From positions 62,001-126,000 of the forward strand of contig JAUCBJ010008795.1 in NCBI GenBank assembly GCA_032718475.1: DNA of 64,000 nt. Reading direction: 5' to 3'. The notes below the pieces were generated by a model, which saw nothing but the letters and a program-made list of their open reading frames with translations, ran no database searches and was not told the origin of the DNA. Each line of letters starts with the position of its first letter. The first letter of the stretch is position 1. Position numbers and translations under genes: made by a program. This stretch comes from Nemertoderma westbladi (Eukaryota > Animalia > Xenacoelomorpha). This document shows, one piece after another, positions 52,764-64,000 of this stretch.

Positions 52764-55700
52764 CCGAAGACATCTTTACTGGACAACCCAAGTTCCGAAC
52801 TAAGCTAAACATGTCAGGAATTATGCAGGTTTGGAAATCTACAGTAATAGCGGATTATTATGTAGGTGCGTTGTCCACCCCCCAGGATGAACTAGGAGAA
52901 CATAGTATAAGGTCAGTAAAGATGGTGGCGATAAAGAACTTCGCTACCAGCCAAGTGGAACCTTATAACTGGGATGAGGACGATTTCACCCAGCAGCTCG
53001 AAATATCTAGATTCAACACCGATTACCCTGGAGTGCAAATACTCATCGGTCAAAACGCGCATGAAGCGCTCGAGACATTGGAGAAACGGCCTGCTCAACC
53101 GCAACCACTACAAGCTTATGCGGGAAGAACTAGAGTGGGTTGGTACTTTACTGGCCCTTCCCGTAGAACTCTCATGGAAAGATTACCGAAAGACCAGGTA
53201 TATCAAGTAAGAGAATGGGAAGCTGAGAGCAGTGAGTTAGACGATCCAACTGAGGGAACACCATACTCCTCAGATAATGACGATGTCCACCAACTTTTCG
53301 ACGAGGAGAATACCATTGATCTCCTTAAGGAAAACGAGACTTGGCAAAACCAAGTGAACTTATGTCAGCTCCTTCGTCCATCAGAACGAGATGACTATGA
53401 CGACGAACTTAATGACGTCATTGAACGTTGTAATGCCAAGACTCGGGATGAACACGCCGTACGATTCTTTACTCAAGAGGCTGTAGAGCCCAATTCCTAC
53501 GATAAGGCCCTATCGGTAGAGGAAGAAAGAGCCAAGCAGATCCAAGAGACAACTACACGTTTTCTTAAAGATCAAGGTAGATATGAAATCGGTCTACCTT
53601 TCTGAAAGCGAGAACCAAAGTTCATAAACAACAGACCCTTGGCGGAGAAAAGAATTGCTCAACTACATCGACGCCTTACGGCAAATTCTTCAGCTAAAGA
53701 AATGTATCAAACGCAGTTGAGGAAATTTATTAGCAAGGGATATGCGGAGCGAGTACCGGAAGAAACACCTATAACTGAGAGAACGTATTATTTAACTCAC
53801 TATTACGTTCCCAAACCTGGTAAACCCCATGAGGTACGAGTGGTGTTTGACGGCTCCGCCCTCTATATGGGCCAATCCCTTAATTCCGAATTGTTACCCG
53901 GACCCAACTTACTCCAATCCTTGTTGGGAATACTCTTAAGATTAAGACAATATTCAATAGCTTTCGCCTCAGATATAGAAGGCATGTTCTTACAAGTCAA
54001 GGCGCTGGATAGGGATCGAGATAGCCAACGATTTCTGTGGTGGCCTGAAGGAGACCTCAACCAGAAACCGGTGGAGTACTGGATGACCATCCAGGCTTTT
54101 GGGATAATCTCAAGCCCTTCAAACGCCTGTTCAGTGGTGCGCACCACTGCGGATGACAACCGAGAAGCCTTCTCTAAAGAGGTGATTGACAACATCAAAC
54201 GGGATATATACATGGACGACAATCTAAAGTCCCTTCCATCAGTCGAAGAAGCCATTGATGTCGCTAAAGGAACGGTAGAGTGCTTAAAAAGAGGTGGATT
54301 TCGATTAACTAAATTCACCAGCAACTCCCGTGAGTTTCTGGAGTCGATCCCGGTAGAAGATCGAGGAGCGAAAGACCTAGATCTAATCAAAGATGATCTT
54401 CCAGAAACCAAGACACTTGGTTTGAAATGGGACACAGAGAGAGATATCCTGTTTTTCCAGCTAAAACAGCGAGATAATCCAGTTCGGACTAAACGGATTT
54501 GTTTAAGTATCCTGAGCACTTATTTCGATCCATTGGGATTTATTAGCCCAGTTATATTGATTGCTCGGAGTTTAGTACAACAAATGTGGCTTGAAAACCA
54601 CTCATGGGACGATCCACTTAAGGGAGAATTATTAAAGAAGTGGATGAAATGGGAAGATTCTCTACCAGCCATCGAGAACTTTATAATTTCCCGTTCATAT
54701 TTTGGTCATGTTCTCCCTACGTATTCCTATCAACTCCATGTGTTTGGAGACGCCAGCGATATGGGAATAGGTATAGTAGCCTACCTAAGGGGGGAAACTC
54801 CGGATGGAATCAAAGTCGCCTTGGTTACCACTAAGGCATTGATAAACAACAAGTTGAAAGTTCCTCGAGCGGAGTTAAAAGCGGCTCTATACGCTACAGA
54901 CATCGGCCGGAATGTAACAGAACAGATCGACTATCCACTGGAGAAAACTGTCTATTGGACCGATGCTTTACTCGTGTTGGAGTATATAACCAATGAAGTC
55001 TGTCAGTTCAGCATCTTCGTTACCAACAGAGTAGCTATTATACTCAGTCGCACGACGATGGATCAATGGAGACATTGCCCCGGAACGATCAATCCAGCAG
55101 ACATCGCCTCCAGGGGAGCTACTCCACAAGAACTGGTAGATACTCCAGACTGGTTAGGTGGACCCGACTTCCTCTACAAAGAAGAAGAAGAATGGCCTCC
55201 TCATCTTACTACGGCAGAGATCAGACAGGCCAAGGGAGCGGGAAAGTCAAACCTAAAACTCGGGCGAGTAAATCGAAGTTATTCAAACCTATGGTAGATC
55301 TGTCTGTACTACATACTTCCGGAGACGACGCTTTGGATCAGAAACCCACAGCCTTAAATAAGTCTGTTGAGGAAATCCTTGAGAAGGATTGGAAATCTGG
55401 AATACCAGACGTCTCGCACGGACTCTCACCTCTCCTGCAGAGAGCGATACATCACTACAGTTCCTGGAATCGGCTCTGTAAGGCCGTTACATATTTAAAA
55501 AGATGTTTTCACCATCACTACTCCGGGATGAAGACCAAAAGTGATACCGCTCCGCTGACATCGGTGCAGGTCCATGTTGTTAAAGATCTTCCCAAATATA
55601 AGATATCCGACAGGTTTCTGAAGGAGAAGATCAGTTATCAGGAGCATGAAGAAACCAACAAGCAGATGCTGAGACTCCTGCAATGCTATGAGGATTCCGA

Positions 55701-57091
55701 TAAGTATTTCCTGTTGTTGAGAAATCCACAGATGAGCTTAAGGGATCGTTTCTCTAGCACAATGATAGATGGGTTGATACGTGTTGGAGGAAGATTAACG
55801 AATGCTCCATTATCCTTTGACACTAAGTTTCCCATACTCATTAGAAATCTTGAAATACAAGTCAAGATGATTGTAGATGTTCACAGCAAACTTTATCATG
55901 CTGGTAGAGAACGAGTTCTTAGCGAAATTCGAACTCGCTATTATTTTTATAAACCCCGTAGAGCTCTGAACCAAGTTCTTAGGAACTGCATACCCTGTAG
56001 GAAAGCATTCAGTAGGCCTTTAACACAGCGAGAGGCAGAATTACCTAGGGAACGAGTAAGCTTCTATGAACCACCCTTTACTAATACCGGTGTAGATTTA
56101 TTTGGCCCTATTGAAGTATATCGTGCTAGGACTATAGTCAAGAGATGGTGTGTCATCTTTGTTTGTATGACTTTTAGAGCTATCCATCTCGATATGGTGA
56201 ACGATTTATCTACCAACAGCTTCCTATTAAGCTTACGACGACAGATCGCTCGCTTTGGAACTAGTAACACGATGAGATCTGATAAGGGAACAAACTTCAT
56301 TGGTGCCAACAATGAAATCAAAGCTTACGTCAAAGATTGGAACCAAAGACAGGTGGACGATCAACTACGAGTAACAGCGTCTAGCTGGACCTTCAACGCC
56401 GCCGATGCCCCTTGGTGGGGAGGAAGTTGGGAGAGATTAATAAGAAGTACAGACCGCATTTCACTTTATAGTGCCGTGCCGCGCTTATCTCACCGACGAA
56501 CTTTTGCGGACGTTAATGGAGGAAATCGCCGCCTATCTCAACGAGAGACCGCTTATGCCAGTCTCATCGAGTCCCGATTCCCTGGAAGCGCTAACACCCG
56601 CGCACTTCCTACTGAAGAAACCTGTAGCCATGCTCCCACAATCGGAAATCACAGACGGAGACGAATACTGCCGGCAAACTTGGCAACTCATGCAGTTGTT
56701 ATCCCGTCGTTTCGCTGACCATTTCGAAAAACATTATCTGCCCACGCTACAACTTCGAACTAAGTGGTTTGCGCAGCAAGAAAACGTCAGCGCTGGAGAC
56801 ATGGTCCTTATTGTGGATGCAGATCTTCCACGTAAGCGGTGGCAGACAGGTCGTATCATCGAGACTCACATCTCGGATGACGGTTTGGTGCGATCGGTAG
56901 AACTCGTCGTCATGCGACGTAACTTCAAGAAACCGGGAATTGTCTTCGAGACACAGCAGCTCAATCGCCCAGTTGGTCGTTTATGTTTACTGGAAAGAGA
57001 CAGAGAACTCTCCGGAAACTATGGAAGACAAGATACTCTTCCCACGACCACCTCCCTAATCCAACAAACATCTAGGGACTCCCCAGCTTAG
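52748..57091 (+). pseudogene. pol: BEL/Pao pol: partial protease, RT, RNase H, integrase, C-terminal DUF5641-like region; disrupted
   Basis: ILIG...TRVGW; VRVVFDGS, DIEGMFLQV, YMDD; LHVFGDAS, PRAEL, WTDA, NPADIASRG; HSKLYH..CIPC, GVDLFGP, SDKGTNF, WERL; in-frame TGA 53603-53605, frameshifts near 55250 and 56460. Confidence 0.95.
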
Positions 57092-57640
57092 TAGCATATG
57101 GAGTGGGTGTGTGACCATATTATTTATATTCTTATTATTTTATATTCATGTATGTATTATTATGTAATTTTATTATAATCGTTTTCTTTAATTTTATTTA
57201 GTAGAATGTTATTTTAGCGATTATTTAGTAGATTAGTGCAATATATATTTGCGTTTATTATTTAATTACTTATTTATTATATATTTAGTGCGACGGCGAG
57301 AAATAATTCTTTTTCTCTTTCCTTACTGCCCGTATTATATTACAAATACGTAACTACAGTAAGATGAAATATCCGTACTTATTAAAGTACAATAAAGCTC
57401 CTACTATATTCAAGTATTATTGGTAAAGTAGAGTATTAGGAATGCAAAATTCAGATCCTCGTGTCTCGGCTAAACCAAGCTCTGGGTAGACCTTGGAAAT
57501 GACTTGCCTCTTCTCACTGACATTGCTTCGTGCGATATTGCTCTCATACCGTATATTAAATAATAAATATAGTAGCGTGATGTCCCTTTAACAGTAGCAT
57601 ATAACGCAAAATAAATCTGTTAAACCCTTTGACCATCTGC

Positions 57641-57915
57641 AATTCTAGTCGATTAAGATATCGCGGCACCCACCGATATACTTGAAAGACAAATTCTAGA
57701 ATCAGTGGTTAACGTCCCCAGACAAGTTCTGGAATAAACTGGTGCCCATCCTAAATATTAATTATTAATATTTACAAAATCTGTCAAATTTTAGATCCTT
57801 TAAAATTCTAGTCTATTAAGATACCGTAGCAATTACCGATATTCTTAAAAAGACCAATTTCCTAGAATCAAGGATCCTAGTCCCCAGACATGTTCTGGAA
57901 TAAAATTGTGTCTAT
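57641..57915 (+). repeat. Diverged ~163-bp tandem duplication in the post-pol region
   Basis: AATTCTAGTC..TTAAGATA...GTCCCCAGACA.GTTCTGGAATAAA at 57641 and 57804. Confidence 0.7.
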
Positions 57916-58534
57916 TTAATATTAAATAATAAAATTTACGGGAATAAATTTGAATTCATATTTTAATGAATTTGATAAATTGTCATTTTATACAATTTAT
58001 AACATTCCCAAAATTCCATAAATTAATAGATCATGGGAGCGGAGATTCTCCCTATTAAGTGTATTAGTGTGCGAGAATCTCCAATATATAGTCAATAGCC
58101 AATAAAATTCATAAAATCATGTATAAAGAGGATATTGACAATTAAAGAATTACTATTAAATAGCATCCCAGATCTGTATGCATGAGAATTACCCTAATTC
58201 TACCGCTAGCTTTCCATAATGTCACCATGGCAACAACCACGCTAGAATTAGAAGTAAGTTAAAAGAGCAATAGAAAGCTTGCCCCATTGAATAGCATAGG
58301 GAATAAATAGCGAACTGCTAGTATCCATGGATACATAATAAATAAAGTGACATTCTGGAAGGCACTGACTAACGGACAAATGGCCCGAATGTGTACAGTT
58401 TGTGACAGTTGTGTTGAATTTGTGCGTTTATAGGTGAATGTTACTGCTAAAGTGTGTTTACAGTAGCGAGTCGCAATTGTGAAAGTAGCCCTAACTCTCC
58501 AGAAAGAACCTGAAGTACATCTAAGCCTTTGGGA

Positions 58535-58642
58535 CGGACAGTGGAGTGACTTGTGCCGGTTATCGTTGTCGTTGTGTAGCTACATCATTGGCGAAAGCAC
58601 AGCGACGACGGTACATCGGCGCTGAGGATCTTCCACTGTCCG
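58535..58642 (+). other. Predicted ~108-nt RNA stem-loop
   Basis: CGGACAGTGGA/TCCACTGTCCG outer stem; TATCGTTGTCGTTGTG/CACAGCGACGACGGTA inner stem fully paired with G-U wobbles. Confidence 0.7.
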
Positions 58643-58724
58643 GGGGCAAAAGAGGGGTAGGCAGCGACGCCCGCTAGCCTAATATATAAACTCATTATAA
58701 TATTGATAAACTCATATAGCAGAT

Positions 58725-59102
58725 ATGACTGAGTTGATAGAAGATGATCTTGGTATCAGGGAGCGATATACTCTACCTTTACAAGCGTTTGTCGATAGCT
58801 TGATATGCGGCGATGCTGGTTCAACTACTACGGAGGATGATGGTTGTTATATCGAACCGCCAATGTCCCCGGAGCGACTTACGCGTGAATTGGATTATAG
58901 AAAGTTCACCGCTCGCTATACGCATCGTAATGGTACGTATATGGACTTCTTAACTACTGGCCATCCTATCGATTTACACGATACGGACGACGTAGACACC
59001 GAAAGGGAAATGGTTTTATTTAAATATCATACCCAGCGGAGTCGGAACGATAAACCGAGAATAGAACACGAGAATTATATTCGAAATCAACTCGAAAGAT
59101 AG
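58725..59102 (+). CDS. Hypothetical acidic 125-aa ORF in the retroelement accessory region
   Basis: ATG-initiated, protein-like composition, TATATAAA ~40 bp upstream; no recognised domain. Confidence 0.35.
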   Translation: MTELIEDDLGIRERYTLPLQAFVDSLICGDAGSTTTEDDGCYIEPPMSPERLTRELDYRKFTARYTHRNGTYMDFLTTGHPIDLHDTDDVDTEREMVLFKYHTQRSRNDKPRIEHENYIRNQLER

Positions 59103-59920
59103 AACGTGGAAGAAGGCTTGTAAAGACAAATAGAGGAGAACCACTGGAGAAGAGACATGGGTTAATGTCCAGGGTCCATAATGTGAATAGTTTTCCCCGG
59201 GGCACGGGTGCTCGCGGGCGGTCTCCTTCGGGAGGCTGTAATTTTCTCTTCCTTCATCGTTTTCCTGCAATTATTGTGATCAGTGTCACAATTAAAAGGC
59301 AAGAATGAATGATGACGTGACGGAAAACATGTCCATTGTGGTATCTTATGGATACTACCATATATCCTCCCTCCTCTTTACTTCCCTTATCTCTCTATAC
59401 ATCGCTATTGAAAATACAATATACTTCGTCCCACCTTCTCTTCCCAACGCGCTTGGAGCTTTGGGAGACGATCGACCGATCATTGCCGTATCATGGTATT
59501 GATCATACCGCCTCTTAATAAACCTCCCATCCCTTACTATTAATCTGGATGCTCATATTGGTGTCCGCACCTCCTGTACATGTACCATTGTGTTGGTATT
59601 TATAATATCAACTTCCATCCCTCTTGTCGTTGATTAGATAATCAACCACCAATAATTTCCTTAAGTCCACAACCGTGATTCAAGGACTAAAAGGACACGT
59701 GGATAGTCTGTGAACAACTGGTACCATTATGTGTCATAAATCTGGTTTTTCACCCCCTAATCACTGGGGATAAATTCATTTGGAGATAGTCTTCGAACGT
59801 TTGAATCCTCCTACTGAGAACTGAGATCGTATTTTTGAATATTTCTGAATACGACATAGGTCTTCCCCTGCTCTCTACCACTACCATCAATGGAAGACAT
59901 ATTAGGCATACGACGGGAAT

Positions 59921-61696
59921 ATGGAGAACATTCCATACCCTTTCGTTGATACTCAGCTGATTGCTCCCTGGGCAGAAGGCCGAGGTTTCTTCCGCACTAT
60001 GTATGCCAATACACCCAGCGGCATTACTAAAGTACAACGAACCTCCATCGGACATCTTGCCTTTCAAGAATACGGATGGAATTTCAAGGTTGGAAATCCT
60101 ATCAATTACCAACAAGTATATGGATATCATTATTCTCGTTTATACTTTGATGGACCATTGACCGCACCTGGCGCCGTGTATAGCTTTACGAGTGTTCCAC
60201 TTCGTCCCTCCTTAGCTATATACACGATCTTTGAAAACGCAGCACTTGCCGGTTGGCTAGCCGATGTGTGCAGTCGTACCATACGCGCCCATCCCTTAAT
60301 ACTTGGAACCAAACTCGCCAAGTTAGATGAACACAATAAATTCATCCGCTTCGAATGTTTCAGGCGCTTTCTGACTCCGTTCCGTAACGTTGATAGTCAG
60401 TTCAAGGACCGCGCTCTGACCAAACTCAGCCTAAGAGACTCAGCTGCGGAGAAGCTAAACAGTGCAGGATTTGCCCTTTTCCAGGACGTTTGTATACAGA
60501 ACTTACATTCATCTGTTATACAAAGACCCCGAATACCCACGGGTTATTCTGTCGTGGAAGTTCAGACAGTGGGTCCGCTTGCGGAGACAGCCGCACCTAC
60601 CTCAGCTATGCAATTGGAAGACGAACCAATATGCTTAGAATCTGAGGCGATTCAGCCTACAGCGCCCCGGAGCAGCGATAACGACTACGTCTTAGCGTGG
60701 TATCAAGGTCCACAATGTCTCACCGCATATGATTATCGACACGCTAACTATGTTTCTCGAAAACGTTGTCGATTATGCGCATCGAGAGACCATTTCACCC
60801 CTATGGACTCAGATGTACCCTGCTCCTATTTCCACAAACAACCGATGATGGAGATCTATTGTGCGTATTGCAGACTTAATAACTCGCACATTTTTGCAGT
60901 CTGCCCCCAATTTATGACTCAATGCCACCACTGTCAACTTAAAGGACATGCCAGTTATAATTGCCCCTTTAACCGCGATTTAGAAAGCGTAGATGAGATG
61001 ATTACCCTGCGCTACATCCGAGCTTGGGAAGCAAACGCGGATTTACATTGTGAGTCCCGCCATCGCTATTACCCTGGACGCTCTTACGAGGGAGTTTACG
61101 CGTTCCATCCTTATTTATTCGCGTCTGTTGAACAAAAAACACGCACACCGAGTTACGAACTAATGAAGCGTGTTGGTGAGTGTATTTCCACCAAATTTGT
61201 TCGAAAATATCTCAGGAACGTCAATCCTAACGATATTACTTCATACCATTTGATCAATTTCATCCGTCAAGACCCTGAGTATGGCGATTTATTTATCAAC
61301 TCGCACCCTGAGTTACAGGAAGTATCTCGACGGCCCTACGAATATCGAGCCAGAGAACGCGAGCTGGAAAAAACCATTAAACCGAGGAAGTTTCTCACCA
61401 CTCACGGTCCACCTACCGCCATTGTCCAGACGACCCGTCAAGGACCCGTAGGAGCTGCTGTCCTAAGACGCGCCCTAAAGGCCGTTAGACCTCGCTCCAC
61501 TGAAGTTGATATCGATCAACCAGGTACCTCGACCGGCGGATACACCGATCGTAATCCTAAACCTTCTGATGCAATTGTATTGCACCCTTCACCCAGGAGT
61601 TACAGCCCTCCTAGTAAATTGGCTCGCCCCAAAGAGAAAAGGACTCTGGCTAGCCTCAAAAAACTGCGTAAACGCCGTCCGCGTAAGAAAGACTAA
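59921..61696 (+). CDS. Accessory ORF (591 aa) with three CCHC-type zinc knuckles and a basic C-terminus
   Basis: Uninterrupted ORF; Cx2Cx4Hx9C, Cx2Cx5Hx4C, Cx2Cx4Hx4C at 60767-60964; ends KKLRKRRPRKKD; no evident signal peptide or TM helix. Confidence 0.8.
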   Translation: MENIPYPFVDTQLIAPWAEGRGFFRTMYANTPSGITKVQRTSIGHLAFQEYGWNFKVGNPINYQQVYGYHYSRLYFDGPLTAPGAVYSFTSVPLRPSLAIYTIFENAALAGWLADVCSRTIRAHPLILGTKLAKLDEHNKFIRFECFRRFLTPFRNVDSQFKDRALTKLSLRDSAAEKLNSAGFALFQDVCIQNLHSSVIQRPRIPTGYSVVEVQTVGPLAETAAPTSAMQLEDEPICLESEAIQPTAPRSSDNDYVLAWYQGPQCLTAYDYRHANYVSRKRCRLCASRDHFTPMDSDVPCSYFHKQPMMEIYCAYCRLNNSHIFAVCPQFMTQCHHCQLKGHASYNCPFNRDLESVDEMITLRYIRAWEANADLHCESRHRYYPGRSYEGVYAFHPYLFASVEQKTRTPSYELMKRVGECISTKFVRKYLRNVNPNDITSYHLINFIRQDPEYGDLFINSHPELQEVSRRPYEYRARERELEKTIKPRKFLTTHGPPTAIVQTTRQGPVGAAVLRRALKAVRPRSTEVDIDQPGTSTGGYTDRNPKPSDAIVLHPSPRSYSPPSKLARPKEKRTLASLKKLRKRRPRKKD

Positions 61697-61765
61697 CTGT
61701 TTAGAGTATTTTTATATTTTAGAAACTGTGATTTGTTATATTTTATAGACTTAAATCCCATTTTC

Positions 61766-61774
61766 TGGGAGCGG
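61766..61774 (+). other. Polypurine-tract-like primer site
   Basis: TGGGAGCGG directly before the TGT of the 3' LTR. Confidence 0.6.
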
Positions 61775-62961
61775 TGTAAAAGCTTTTGCGGAATTAACCG
61801 GTTATTTTCCCCGTAAAGTACTCTGTAGTTGGTTTAACAGGCATAAAAGGCCGTATCCTTACTGTACTGGTGTTTTAGGGGACATAAAAAGCTATTTCTT
61901 CTGTATGTGTACTTTAGCGGACATAATTAGCAATTCTGTGACGCAATGCGCTAGATCCTCTTGAAACAGTGTAGTTACTATGACGACGGCTAACAGCTGA
62001 GCTGTACACGTGTAGCTTTTCCCTTGTTCTCTGATGTTTCTTTGTTCGGTCAACCAATCAGAGCGATTCTCCTGCTTTTTGTACAGAAACCTCCGAGAAA
62101 TCGCGCAATGCATTATGGGTCAATGTTTACATTTTGTCCTGAGCCCAGAAGACCGGCTTTTGGAATCTCTGTGTTTTCAGTCTTTAGCCCAACATTAGTA
62201 GGCTTAATTATAGAACGTATATCTGTTATCGAACCATAACATACAAACTTAACCAATTCTCACATATCATATCAATTTATACCTTAACATTTGTACTGCT
62301 ATTTACTGTCGGTTATTCATTATATCTGTTGATGGAATATTATTATATTTGGAATACCGATAAATAATTACAAACCCTCGATCTTCTTGATATACTGAAG
62401 GTTAGAGAGACCGGTTACATATAACGATTGCGACTTACATTAAAGTGGTTTTGAAGTGAATCTAATGCTATTTCATAGGCACTACATGTATTGGTTGTTG
62501 TTCTCTTTATATGTGACTAAAATTAGTGAAGGTCGGCAGATCAGTGTGCAGCATTGTGCAGTATTGTGTATGATTGTGACTGATAACAAAGCATCTCCTA
62601 AAGAATGCGCCATATACATGAATCTATAGCCATCCCGTTGTGTCTAGTTTAAGTCATAACTCTGTTTACATATTTAGAGCGCCACGTCCTAAAGGAACTG
62701 TTAATATTTCCCGAAAGTGAATAATATTTGTCAGAGATTATATATTACGATCAGTCGAATAATACAGTAGGCCTACACCGCAATACGGTTAGGCTTCCGA
62801 ATCCAGTCTCCCGGGTATATCCAGCGGGTGAATGATCGCGCATAGACTGGCTTCGGCTAATGTAGTGTATCAAATACTTGTCATAGGCTAAAGACGATCT
62901 ATTATCTAGAAGACATCCCAATTTGGCAGGTTAAACTGCTAAAGGTCTAAAAGCGCGAACA
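61775..62961 (+). repeat. 3' LTR (possibly truncated)
   Basis: Matches the 5' LTR except ~6 substitutions and 15 extra bp (62226-62240). Confidence 0.88.
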
Positions 62962-62985
62962 AAAACAAATAAATACATTACAGTA

Positions 62986-63143
62986 CGTGCCAATTTGAGC
63001 AAGCGAACATACATTAACTTGCCAATTTGGGCAAGCTAATATATTTAACTTGCCAGTTTTTGCAAGCTAATAGATAACTTGCCCATTTGGGCAAGCTAAT
63101 AGATAACTTGCCCATTTGGGCAAGCTAATATATTTAACTTGTC
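62986..63143. repeat. ~30-32-bp tandem palindromic repeats (~5 copies)
   Basis: TAACTTGCCCATTTGGGCAAGCTAA units (CTTGCCCA/TGGGCAAG arms). Confidence 0.75.
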
Positions 63144-64000
63144 AGTCATGCATTGCAGTCATGTAGTCTTGCATAGTCGACCTATGATGAAGCCGACCAG
63201 CCGACCACTTGCGACTTACCCTCAGTTCACTCACTGGGTCGAATAGTCGCCTGTATACATGACCCAAGAGTGGTTGGAACTTGGCCTAACCTAAATACTT
63301 AAAATTTGAAGTAGTTCCTCGCCCAGAGCACCGTCGTATGCATAATACAATTTAATTTTTAATAATAATAAATAATAAAATTAAATTTATAAATACTTCA
63401 TATGTAAACTAGCCGACTTATAGCGATCTTCCATAAGTCACCTGTGGTCGTCTGTTCGGCTTTCATATATAATAGGTAACACATACACAATAATTCAAAT
63501 AGATATTAAATATATAATTAATATAGTAAATAGTAATAACTTGCCAACAAAAGCCCCCCCCCCCCCCCCCCCTATCTGTGCGATTTCGTAGTGCGAAATT
63601 AATTCCATACAAATAAATTAAATAATACTACTAATTAAATAATACTGCACATTAATACTGCGTAATTGACATAGAGGAAGATCAGTACAATTTTAATAAT
63701 TGAATTCAACCCCGTTCTAACATCTAGGAATTTATATCTTTTGCCGAAATGCAACTTTTTGCCAAAACGCGTCTTTTTTGCCGAAACGCAACTTTTTTGC
63801 CGAATCGCGATGAACCGTAGTGATTATGTGAGTATGTGACAAGGCAGAGGCGCCGAAAAGTAGTTAGAGTGAGTAGCCTAGAGTTTTTATATTAATCGAG
63901 AACGTGAAAAAACAAGATACACAGACTTTACTAATCAATATATTAATTGTGCCTTAATTTAAAGGATTTGTAACTTCCGAGCAAACCGCAAATCTTTAAT

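Larger units (their letters stand above)
46997..62961 (+). mobile_element. BEL/Pao LTR retrotransposon, ~16 kb, defective
   Basis: Two ~1.18-kb direct repeats beginning TGT; PR-RT-RH-IN order with Pao-type motifs; flanks AAACC/AAAAC are only an imperfect TSD; PBS not found. Confidence 0.92.
39173..63816. mobile_element. Foldback-like (MULE-type?) TIR DNA element enclosing the whole 24.6-kb nest
   Basis: Left arm 39173-39398 of tandem GCGTTTCGGCAAAAA units; inverted right arm 63739-63816; termini GGT...ACC; exact 8-bp direct repeat GTAGTGAT at 39165-39172 and 63817-63824; no transposase seen. Confidence 0.8.

Noticed and set aside
40078-62961. Tandem three-LTR element produced by retrotransposition
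   Set aside because: Copy 1 includes external flank and lies inside a separate TIR element, so it is a DNA-level duplication

Overview
Eukaryotic (animal-like) genomic DNA with spliceosomal introns. 1-28.2 kb is a ~700-copy 40-bp satellite that runs almost to the splice acceptor of a DHX38/PRP16 spliceosomal DEAH helicase; three coding exons follow (28233-28971, 29701-30074, 30916-32409) and the 5' exons lie outside the window. The best lead is that PRP16 introns appear to be built from tandem copies of the exon end plus its splice donor. This is directly visible in intron 28972-29700 (83-bp unit) and inferred for the giant satellite, whose monomer reads like the missing upstream exon end (LSSEYIRR/EEQ|GT). 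Two further minisatellites and an intronless SAMHD1-like HD-domain gene (minus strand) follow. 39173-63816 is a transposon nest. A foldback-like TIR element (8-bp TSD) encloses an IS3EU-like element (6-bp TSD, HECT remnant, SINE, hAT-like MITE, and a captured 5.4-kb copy of the neighbouring retroelement). It also encloses a ~16-kb defective BEL/Pao LTR retrotransposon with a non-env triple zinc-knuckle accessory ORF and a long G-U-rich hairpin. All coordinates were read by eye and family assignments come from recalled motifs, not database searches.
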